In this document: piece by piece, positions 19,701 through 26,841 of the stretch
Position numbering within the stretch: the stretch's first letter is position 1
How the letters are laid out: the number at the start of each line of letters is the position of its first letter
Assembly (NCBI GenBank): GCA_964610465.1
Contig: CAZSWA010000009.1
Coordinates: 1 to 54,080, forward strand
DNA length: 54,080 nt
Source of the DNA: an uncultured Gammaproteobacteria bacterium
GTDB taxonomy: Bacteria > Patescibacteriota > Microgenomatia > Levybacterales > UBA12049
Reading direction: 5' to 3'
Made by a program: the position numbers and the translations under genes
Notes under the pieces: model-generated
The model's input: the letters and a program-made list of their open reading frames with translations, nothing else
The model's database searches: none
Told to the model about the DNA's origin: nothing

Positions 19701-20054
19701 GAATTGATCTATAGGCATATGGAGTTTGTTACCAGTGCTACGAGTGGTAAGTTTGAGGACTCCATTTATGATGGTCATATCTTTATTATGTGGAATAACG
19801 TAAACATGATTTGGTTTAACATGGGTTTCATCTTTTGCTTCCGAAACTGGCATTGCCGTTGCTTTAGATAAAAGGGTAGCCAAGATACTCTCATGTGTGG
19901 GATCAAGATGCTGGACTAAGACAAAACCCATGCCTAAATTCGTGGGAAGAGCTTTCAAAAGCTGAGTAGCTGCCTCTAACCCTCCAGCAGATGCGCCAAT
20001 ACCGACAATGGGAAATTGCCTTTTCGTTGCCTTTTCATTATTTGCTTTTGACAT
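16776..20054 (-). CDS. CheB methylesterase-CheR methyltransferase-PAS-histidine kinase fusion
   Basis: GASAGG, VQHLDP, SGTASDG (CheB); INVTSFFR, GCATGEE, DLISCCN (CheR); acidic coiled coil; ASHELKTP H-box; NAIKY, D.G.GI, GFGLGL. Confidence 0.95.
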   Translation of the reverse strand: MSKANNEKATKRQFPIVGIGASAGGLEAATQLLKALPTNLGMGFVLVQHLDPTHESILATLLSKATAMPVSEAKDETHVKPNHVYVIPHNKDMTIINGVLKLTTRSTGNKLHMPIDQFFRSLAESQKEKAIGVVLSGTASDGTLGLKAIKSAGGITFAQDETAKYQGMPKAAIASGYVDLVLSPTRIAEELTRMNNHPFLQQLKTSRDNRELPEDADGLAKIFSMLNRSSGIDFRHYKRATMQRRIRRRMLLNKIKTLKDYVEYLKENNGEIALLCDDLLINVTSFFREPQAFQFLQDTIFPRMVENRLDKDPIRIWVPGCATGEEVYSIAISLSEFLTDKSLNIPVQIFGTDVSKSVIEKARTGIYSQDEIVNISPERLTRFFEKTDGVYQISKSIRELCIFAPHNVFGDPPFSKLDLISCCNLLIYLDIGLQDKILRAFHYALKPAGFLILGKSEAVGSSPELFSQIDKKYKIYTKKGAATRGIVNFGIINPKLERQDASSSDVIVEDAVDSVDIQKEADTILLSHYTPASVVVSNDLEIIQFRGSTGEYLEPHQGKPSFNLIKMAKGGLGFELRSAISKVRKSGSPFRKENIPISQSPTIRHVTVEVLPLKAAATEPHYLVLFEDTKGVSQAEILPSEQKVTHSKRGAKDKRIAELEQELAQVREDMRSITEEQEATNEELQTANEEILSSNEELQSINEELETSKEELESTNEELVTVNEELQNRNEQLIEARDYAEAIIRTVQVPLLILDRDLRVKTTNRSFQQLFQVTEEETTRNFVYDLGNGQWNIPVLRKLLNEILPKNNAFDNYEIEHTFPSIGHKIMLLNARKFYKDGENILLAIEDITDRKDIEKQKDLFIGIASHELKTPITTMKGYAQILEKRLSLRGDSKDTYLIQNINKQTDRLTSLINDLLNTSKIQAGKLVLEKKKFDLDAVVAKAIVDFQYATETHQIIKEGEIKEQVYGDQSRIEQVLVNLITNAIKYSPNADKVIVRLATDKKNAIVSVQDFGFGITKKDQEKVFERFYRTGDKKEMNVAGFGLGLYIAAEIVKGHYGKIWVESTKGKGSTFYFTLPLKKKDNSNIHTVLTS

Positions 20055-20259
20055 ACTCTCCTTTTTTATGATTTGGTTTAACCATTGTTAATAGGTCATC
20101 TTTTGTAAACCGCCAATCCCCTCGTATTCCAACTTTCAAACCAGGGAGTGCTTTAGAGCGTGCCCACCTGCGGATAGTACCGACATTTACTCCTAAAAAT
20201 TCAGCAGCTTGTTGTACGTTGAGAAGTTGATTAGTTTTGGAATTAGTCTCCTTATTCAT
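20038..20259 (-). CDS. Excisionase/MerR-like helix-turn-helix protein (HTH_17-like)
   Basis: LLNVQQAAEFLGVNVGTIRRWA...RGDWRF; overlaps the start of the CheB-CheR kinase. Confidence 0.88.
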   Translation of the reverse strand: MNKETNSKTNQLLNVQQAAEFLGVNVGTIRRWARSKALPGLKVGIRGDWRFTKDDLLTMVKPNHKKGEYVKSK

Positions 20260-20278
20260 ATTGGTCTATACTAGTACA

Positions 20279-20312
20279 TCTTACTACTTATTATATAAGA
20301 AAGATAGTAAGA
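20279..20312. promoter_or_regulatory. Inverted repeat (candidate operator) between divergent HTH genes
   Basis: TCTTACTA (20279-86) ... TAGTAAGA (20305-12). Confidence 0.4.
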
Positions 20313-20376
20313 CTACAGTAATAAACACACAAGGAGTTGGTCGAGAATGCATACTCCTTGTGTCTATATTGTGAGA

Positions 20377-20604
20377 ATGGGTAAACCCATAACTCACAGA
20401 CGAATACTTCTAAAATTTGGAGAAAGATTACAAACGGTGAGAAAATCAAAAGGAATAACTCAAGAAGAATTGGCTGTAAAACTATATATGCACAAAAACT
20501 ACATTGGACTCATTGAAAGAGGTGAGAGAAATCCTACTATAAGAACACTTTATAAACTTGCGAAGGCTCTTAAAGTAAATGCTTCAGAATTATTACCTTT
20601 TTAA
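20377..20604 (+). CDS. XRE/Cro-C1 family transcriptional regulator
   Basis: FGERL..VRKSKGITQEELA...YIGLIERGERNPT...KLAKAL; start taken at the second Met. Confidence 0.92.
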   Translation: MGKPITHRRILLKFGERLQTVRKSKGITQEELAVKLYMHKNYIGLIERGERNPTIRTLYKLAKALKVNASELLPF

Positions 20605-20831
20605 TAAACTCCTTCACTGTCACATGTTCCCTTACAATGTTTCTACTCAGAGTAAAGGGGTGCATTTTTGCAAAAGTCCTTTTATATTTAGGTGGTAGTG
20701 GTGTATGTTTCCCTAGCAAAATAAGGTATAATATGCATGAATTTACGCATAAATAGTTATGGATAAATGATAGAAATATTGAGGAGTTTGAGCTTACAGT
20801 ACCTCATGTCTCTCTTTAAGAACAAGAAATT

Positions 20832-21281
20832 ATGGCAGGTAGAATCTATATCAAAACAGCAAATGGAAAATCTCAGCGAAGGAAACCGACCAACAAGCAG
20901 ATAAAATTTCTGCACTACCTCTCACAAGGCTATTGCAAACGACAGAGTATGCTTAAAGCGGGATACTCTGTTTCATCCGCAAATGTCCCCAAAAATCTTT
21001 TGAGCAAGCCTACGATGCAGGCAGCTATGGAAACCATGACTGATACACTCGTACGCTCTGGACTCACAGCAGAATATGCAGCAGCAAAACTGGCAGAAAT
21101 GCTAGAAGCAACAAAAATAGTTAATAGTAAAGAAGTTCCAGACTACACCACGCAACTCAAAGCATTTGATATTTGGCTAGATGTTATAAAGGAAGCTGAA
21201 AAGCAAGGCAATGCAAAAGAATCGCCTAAAAGAAGCCTAACTATCACAGAGTTTATTAACGGCGAAATAAATAATCGTTAA
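20832..21281 (+). CDS. Terminase small subunit-like protein
   Basis: PTNKQIKF..Y......S..KAGYS.SSA....LL.KP N-terminal pattern; PDY..QLKA near the C-terminus. Confidence 0.65.
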   Translation: MAGRIYIKTANGKSQRRKPTNKQIKFLHYLSQGYCKRQSMLKAGYSVSSANVPKNLLSKPTMQAAMETMTDTLVRSGLTAEYAAAKLAEMLEATKIVNSKEVPDYTTQLKAFDIWLDVIKEAEKQGNAKESPKRSLTITEFINGEINNR

Positions 21282-21309
21282 TTTCTCACAAAATAATATT
21301 AATATTACA

Positions 21310-23208
21310 ATGAAAATCAACATTAGTTCCTTATGGCAAAGCTTAGGTATTGAAGACAAGGCAGGTCTGGTACAGCAGCTATATGACGCATATTACGGTG
21401 AAGTTTTAGTCAGTGGGGATATTATCCACGTTAAAGGATTCCAAGCAGAACAATATGTACGTAATCATTCAAAGGTCTGTGGATTTCATAATGAGGAAAC
21501 TCTCAAAGAAATAACAGAATTTGGAGCAATTACCCCTATAGATCATGACCGTAGCAGATTTCCTTATTATGACAAGACTATTGGAACAAATGTTTATAAG
21601 GTATTAATCGACTGGGAAAAAGTTGGTCAATATGCAGGTTTTCTTCAAGACCATGAAGCGAACGATCAGTACGGTTTTGCCCAACAGAAACAAATCATAA
21701 GAAAAACTTTACAAGAACTGGATAAAAAAAGTAAATATAAAGATTTGGTTATCTCTGAAAAAATACTTGGTAAATATCTTGATCACGCATCAATTGCACA
21801 AGCAGTACATGGCGATGATAGTCCTGATCGACATGTTAAATTTGTTGAAACGCTTAAAGGTTTAGAAAAGGACGGATTCTTGGTAATTAAAAAAATGCAG
21901 TTTAATTTTAATGCTGTTCCTATCCCTATAGAAGAGGAAACGGAACGACTCCAGGAACCCTTTTATGTAGATGAAGATGCTTATTTTTACCCAGCAGAGC
22001 ATTGCAAAATAACAGTAGCGCTTTCAGATTCTAAATCGATTGAGGGGGTCTTGCTAAAAGAAGAAGCAAAGCATGCCATTCCCGCAGAAGCAATACTTTC
22101 AGCTATTGAAGAAGATGAGGACGTCCGTGAGCAAGAAGAATTTTATAAGGACAAAATACAGCTTGTCAGCAAATTGTTACAAATATGCACTCCTGAATTT
22201 TTAGAAGTGGAGCTGCGTTCACCAGCACATCTGGTACAAAATGATGACTTTAGAGCTGGCTTCGATCATCCTAGCATTCTGGACACTTTAAAAAAGAAAA
22301 AGGTATTTACGAAGGTTAAAGATTTGACTTATAAGCAAACGTCTAGCCTAATGTATTTGGCTACAGTGGACTATCAAAACCTATGTAAATTTGCAGAAGA
22401 ACTGCATGATGAAGTAGAAGCACAAGGGGAAGTCTATGGTTTTGAGATACAAAAAAAGATTTTATTGAACCGTCTCAAGGAAGTTTTTAATCAGTCTCCT
22501 CAGGAAAATACCTTTAAAGTTTCGGAAGCATTATTAGGCTCTTATAAACCAGAGAATCGTACTAGTAGACCTGCGGGAATCTCATTAACTCGCCCAGATA
22601 AAGAAAGGCCTGATATTCGTTACCAATTCATGCGTACCATGCGGGCTTTAGAAAAAGAAAAATATTTTGAAATTAGCTCAGTGAACTTTGATTTCTATGC
22701 TGAGCCTAAGCAAACTTCGGAATCGAAAAAGCGAGCAATTTGGGGTTCTGATGAGCCATTCGAGTACTATTCACCACAGCATTGCCAAGTTGCATTAAAG
22801 TTATCTACTGAAACAAAACCCTCAGGGTCTTCCAGCAAGAGCATTACTGTAGAAGATTCACGGGGACTTCCAAAAGATGAAATTTATACTTGTGGCAATC
22901 TTACAATTAATATTACAGCAGCTACACTTAAATATAAAGACAATCCAGAGATTGACATACAACCTGGAAACCAAGAAATTCAACTTTTGATAATGCTAAT
23001 TAAAAATCATCGAGTTGTTAAATATGCTGAAATCGCAAAAGAAATAGAATCAACCTCTTTTGTTAGTGAAGACGTTGGAAGAGCTGTTGGTTATATAAGA
23101 AAAACATTAAGAGACGTATTATTACAAGCAGGTATGAACGAAAGTGAAATAAAAAGAATGATTGTAACCATAAGGAAAACAGGATATAAATTGGTATGTC
23201 CAAACTAG
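21310..23208 (+). CDS. Hypothetical protein with an internal duplication and a C-terminal OmpR-type winged helix
   Basis: Two homologous units of about 240 aa; tail YTCGNLTIN...QEIQLLIML...VV.YAEIA...I..LR..L...IVTIRKTGYKL. Confidence 0.75.
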   Translation: MKINISSLWQSLGIEDKAGLVQQLYDAYYGEVLVSGDIIHVKGFQAEQYVRNHSKVCGFHNEETLKEITEFGAITPIDHDRSRFPYYDKTIGTNVYKVLIDWEKVGQYAGFLQDHEANDQYGFAQQKQIIRKTLQELDKKSKYKDLVISEKILGKYLDHASIAQAVHGDDSPDRHVKFVETLKGLEKDGFLVIKKMQFNFNAVPIPIEEETERLQEPFYVDEDAYFYPAEHCKITVALSDSKSIEGVLLKEEAKHAIPAEAILSAIEEDEDVREQEEFYKDKIQLVSKLLQICTPEFLEVELRSPAHLVQNDDFRAGFDHPSILDTLKKKKVFTKVKDLTYKQTSSLMYLATVDYQNLCKFAEELHDEVEAQGEVYGFEIQKKILLNRLKEVFNQSPQENTFKVSEALLGSYKPENRTSRPAGISLTRPDKERPDIRYQFMRTMRALEKEKYFEISSVNFDFYAEPKQTSESKKRAIWGSDEPFEYYSPQHCQVALKLSTETKPSGSSSKSITVEDSRGLPKDEIYTCGNLTINITAATLKYKDNPEIDIQPGNQEIQLLIMLIKNHRVVKYAEIAKEIESTSFVSEDVGRAVGYIRKTLRDVLLQAGMNESEIKRMIVTIRKTGYKLVCPN

Positions 23209-23325
23209 CCCCGCTTTTAATCCGCAAATATTCCGTAATTTTCACCATTTAATTTCCGTTTTCATTTTTGCTTCTGCATAGGAAAATTGGTCTGGTAGCG
23301 CAACAAGTTTGCCACCAAAACCAAT

Positions 23326-23598
23326 ATGACTATTAATCAAGAATCAATAAACAGATTACGTGTTGAAGACTTTTATTCAACCACCGATCTTGCATTGGCT
23401 ACAGCAATTTCCTTATTTTTTCCAATCGAAGCAATAGATAAAACTTCTAACTCTTATAAAGCACAATTCCTTTTTCGCAGAAGCAAAGAACTTGACCAGC
23501 TTGTAGAAGCAGTTTGGAAAAACGAGCTAAAAGTATCTCCACTTGCTTATTTCAGTCAGTTGAAAAACATTAAAGCCCGACTATATGCAAGCCGTTAA
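23326..23598 (+). CDS. Small conserved protein (DUF5659-like)
   Basis: F.TTDLALA..I......AIDK.....A.F.F......LV...W..EL.VSP..YF..LK.IK.RLY. Confidence 0.75.
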   Translation: MTINQESINRLRVEDFYSTTDLALATAISLFFPIEAIDKTSNSYKAQFLFRRSKELDQLVEAVWKNELKVSPLAYFSQLKNIKARLYASR

Positions 23599-23752
23599 TT
23601 CCTTACCGAAAGAAGAGATTGAAGAATTTAAAAGACTGTATAAAAAAATTTATAAAGTCGAGCTGAGTGATGAAGAAGCAACTCGTCGAGCTAACAATCT
23701 TTTTGCTTTATATCTTGCAGTATATGGCTCAAGCAGAAAAACAAAAATATGA
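23585..23752 (+). CDS. 55-aa hypothetical protein (below the ORF-track cutoff)
   Basis: MQAVNSLPKEEIEEFKRLYKKIYKVELSDEEATRRANNLFALYLAVYGSSRKTKI*. It overlaps the upstream gene and is ATGA-coupled to the Prim-Pol gene. Confidence 0.75.
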   Translation: MQAVNSLPKEEIEEFKRLYKKIYKVELSDEEATRRANNLFALYLAVYGSSRKTKI

Positions 23753-25785
23753 CAAATAAAGATTACGCATTACAATATTTAAAATTAGGTTTATCAGTTA
23801 TTCCAACACATGGCAAGAAACCACTCATAGCTTGGCAGAAATACTCCAAAGAAAAGCCAACTATAGAAGAAATAGAAGCATGGTGGACACAATCGCCAAA
23901 TGCTGATATTGCTTGCCCTACGGGTGAGGTATCAAATTTAGTAGTGGTTGATGTAGATGGTGGCGAAGTACCTTCCTTGCCTGCCACAGTCACTTCTGAG
24001 ACTAGTCCAGGACATTTTCAATACTTCTTTAAGCATCCTGGTTTTCCTATTCAAAATTCAGCAAAAATTATTGCTCCTAATATTGATATTCGAGGAGATG
24101 GTGGGTTTGCCGTTCTACCACCTTCTAGACATTTTAACAAAGAGACGGGACAGCAGGATTTTACTTATAGATGGGTTAATTCCCCTGAAACAACGGAACT
24201 TGCAGAATTACCATCTTGGGTAATGGAAAAAATAAAGGAGAAAAAGGATGTCGAAACACTTGTGCAAGGTTCAACACAGGGATCTCGTAATAACGACGCA
24301 GCATCCTTAATTGGCTCGTTGCTTGTACGGTATCCTCAAAGAGAGTGGGAATCAATTTGTTGGCCGCTTGTTGAAGCATGGAATGATAGAAACAATCCAC
24401 CTCTACCTTTAGGAGAGCTGCAAAGCGTTTTTAACTCAATTAAAGCAAGAGAGCTAAGCAAAAACCCACGACAAGACAGTCCACCTTATACAGTTGGCAC
24501 TGACTTGTCTAGGGTTGCAGATATTCCAGCTCTTGAGACAAATACAATCTCCTATACACCTCTTTTGTTATCACAGTTATCCTCTGAGGAAAATCCTGTC
24601 GAATGGGTATGGGAAGGATTTTTAGCAAGAAAACACTTAACACTACTTTCAGCGCTGTGGAAAGCTGGTAAAACCACTCTTATTACCAATCTGTTAAAAG
24701 TGATGCAGGAAGAAGGAAATTTAGCAGGACAAAAAACTCACAAGGCTAATGTTCTTATACTTTCCGAAGAATCTGGAACAATATGGGCACGAAGACGAGA
24801 CGAGCACGATATAACATTACCTGTCTGGATATTATCACGACCTATCAGACGAAAACTCGGATATAACGAATGGGTTACTCTCCTTGAGCAAACATCACAA
24901 TTTTGCAAAGAAAACCAGATTGATCTATTTATTATTGATACGCTCTCTGCTTTTTGGTCTGTTGACAACGAAAACGACGCTGCTAGGGTTGCCGCAGCGC
25001 TTCTTCCACTTAATCATTTACTGGACAAAAATATTGCAGTACTTCTGGTGCATCATTTTCGTAAATCAGGTGGCGACGAAGGAACAGCATCCAGAGGATC
25101 GGGTGCTCTAGGAGCAGGCGTTGATATAATGGCTGAATTTTCAAGACTAGATAGCACAGATCCGCATTGTACGCAGCGGGTAATAAAAACCTACTCTCGG
25201 TTTGAGGAATCACCTAAAGAAGTGGTTATTGATTATATCGATGATGAGTACACAACAATTGGTACAAAGGCTGATGTTAAACGAGCGGAAAAACTTGAGG
25301 CAGTTTCAAAGGCATTAGCAGACTATCCAGATGGAGTAACTATATCTGAACTTCATGAAAAATGGAACAGCGAGGAATTTGGCAAAACTCCTTCCCGAAG
25401 AACATTGCAACGGTATTTAACAGATTTGGTGAATCAAGGCACAGTCGTTATAATCGGCACTGTAAAAATAAAAGGTGGAAATACGCCGCTTTATAAGCTC
25501 TCAGAAATAGTAAACCCTGGACAATTTACCCCCGACAAAGAGAATAGATCAAATGGATTTCCAAGCCAAAACCTTAGTCAAGACAGTGATTCAGAAGATT
25601 TGTCAAAGGTTGATGGGATAAAAGACGCATTGGTTAAAGAGGAAAAGGAACTTAGATATGCATTGCGAGAAAAAGATAAAAAATCAGAGGATTACGCAGA
25701 GATTTATAAAAAATGGTTTGCAGCCCGTGAGAAAGGAGTGGAAATGGGAGTGTTCCAATTTTTTGTTCCCTCTCCCACTGAATAG
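23749..25785 (+). CDS. Bifunctional primase-polymerase with PriCT and RecA-like AAA helicase domains
   Basis: LSVIP..K.P, LVVVDVD, IDIRGDGG..VLPPS; GSRNN (PriCT); KAGKT, FIIDTL, VHHFRK..RGS; C-terminal wHTH-like region. Confidence 0.9.
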   Translation: MTNKDYALQYLKLGLSVIPTHGKKPLIAWQKYSKEKPTIEEIEAWWTQSPNADIACPTGEVSNLVVVDVDGGEVPSLPATVTSETSPGHFQYFFKHPGFPIQNSAKIIAPNIDIRGDGGFAVLPPSRHFNKETGQQDFTYRWVNSPETTELAELPSWVMEKIKEKKDVETLVQGSTQGSRNNDAASLIGSLLVRYPQREWESICWPLVEAWNDRNNPPLPLGELQSVFNSIKARELSKNPRQDSPPYTVGTDLSRVADIPALETNTISYTPLLLSQLSSEENPVEWVWEGFLARKHLTLLSALWKAGKTTLITNLLKVMQEEGNLAGQKTHKANVLILSEESGTIWARRRDEHDITLPVWILSRPIRRKLGYNEWVTLLEQTSQFCKENQIDLFIIDTLSAFWSVDNENDAARVAAALLPLNHLLDKNIAVLLVHHFRKSGGDEGTASRGSGALGAGVDIMAEFSRLDSTDPHCTQRVIKTYSRFEESPKEVVIDYIDDEYTTIGTKADVKRAEKLEAVSKALADYPDGVTISELHEKWNSEEFGKTPSRRTLQRYLTDLVNQGTVVIIGTVKIKGGNTPLYKLSEIVNPGQFTPDKENRSNGFPSQNLSQDSDSEDLSKVDGIKDALVKEEKELRYALREKDKKSEDYAEIYKKWFAAREKGVEMGVFQFFVPSPTE

Positions 25786-25787
25786 CT

Positions 25788-26387
25788 ATGAGTACTAATA
25801 CAAAAGATATGACAAAAGTATCGCATGTGGAAAGCTCAAAAGAAGTAGTTAAAAAAATCGATATAAAAGAGTTTATCAGTGGCTGTGCTATCGGTGATGA
25901 TCCAGTTGCGGTTTTGAAGCAAGCGCAGCATGACTTAGACAATATTGAAGATAAACAAAACATGACTGCAAAGTCCAGTCTTTATAAAGTATTAACGCTC
26001 TACGAATTTGATAAAGGGATTCTCGCAACATCCGCACTTCCTGAGAAATATCGCACCTTCTGCATTGATTTTAGCCGAAATTTGCAGAAAGAGTACAAAT
26101 GCGAATCGCCAAGTGAAAAAGCTACTGCGGAGCTTGTTGCTTTAAATTTTGTACGAGTCATTATCATACAGGATAAAATAACTTCATTTTTGGCATTAGG
26201 AAGTGTTACTGATACTACTGCAAAGTATTTTGCTGATTTAAGTAAAGAAATGGATAGAGCAAATCGTCATTATCTAAACTCCTTACAAACTCTAAAAGCA
26301 ATTAAATTACCAGCTCTTGAAGTAAATATAAAAACGCAAACGGCGGTTGTGGGACAAAATCAGATAGTACAAGCAAATAACAAATGA
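25788..26387 (+). CDS. Hypothetical protein of the element core
   Basis: 199-aa ORF coupled to its neighbours; DRANRHYL.SLQTL..IK.P..EVNIK...AVVGQNQ tail. Confidence 0.8.
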   Translation: MSTNTKDMTKVSHVESSKEVVKKIDIKEFISGCAIGDDPVAVLKQAQHDLDNIEDKQNMTAKSSLYKVLTLYEFDKGILATSALPEKYRTFCIDFSRNLQKEYKCESPSEKATAELVALNFVRVIIIQDKITSFLALGSVTDTTAKYFADLSKEMDRANRHYLNSLQTLKAIKLPALEVNIKTQTAVVGQNQIVQANNK

Positions 26388-26707
26388 TAAAGCCATACGA
26401 TTTAGGAAAAAATAATTTAGTCGAGTATAGTCAAAAAATAAACATTGACGATATTGTTCGGCAAATAAACAAAGACCTGAAACATCAAATGTTGCAGTCG
26501 TCCATAGAAGTTATGGGGTTACAACTCAGCTTGCTTACCTCTAGTACGAGATTTCATGGAAAGCGGTATTGGTTTGCCTGTCCAGTTTGTAATAATAGAA
26601 CTGGAACAATTTATAGACATCCGATTACTTTACAAGTTGGCTGTAGAAGTTGCTTAGGAATACAATATAGAAAACAGCGATTTAAAGGAATGCTCGAAGG
26701 AGCTTAA
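26384..26707 (+). CDS. Zinc-finger protein
   Basis: RYWFACPVC...IY....VGCRSCLGIQY; ATGA overlap with the upstream gene. Confidence 0.8.
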   Translation: MIKPYDLGKNNLVEYSQKINIDDIVRQINKDLKHQMLQSSIEVMGLQLSLLTSSTRFHGKRYWFACPVCNNRTGTIYRHPITLQVGCRSCLGIQYRKQRFKGMLEGA

Positions 26708-26713
26708 ATTTTC

Positions 26714-26742
26714 TTGACATTCAAGATCAAACTGAATATGAT
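26714..26742 (+). promoter_or_regulatory. Sigma70-type promoter of LSR2
   Basis: TTGACA (26714-19), 17-bp spacer, TATGAT (26737-42). Confidence 0.8.
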
Positions 26743-26747
26743 AAAGA

Positions 26748-26832
26748 TGTGCTCAGAGATATAGGTGGAGTTTTTTAGTGCCCTCATTGGACAGGACTTC
26801 ACCGTTCTGAGCACAACCAGTGGGGGCGCTTA
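26748..26832 (+). ncRNA. Structured 5' leader (hairpin plus pseudoknot or alternative stem) of LSR2
   Basis: TGTGCTCAGA/TCTGAGCACA; GGTGGAGT/ACTTCACC; loop AGTGCCCTCATTGG pairs with CCAGTGGGGGCGCT (14 bp, 3 G-U). Confidence 0.65.
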
Positions 26833-26841
26833 ATTATTAAT

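Noticed and set aside
20038-20259. HTH_17 protein as the element's excisionase
   Set aside because: It overlaps the CheB-CheR kinase start and is far from the integrase, so it is more likely part of the signalling operon. Not fully excluded.
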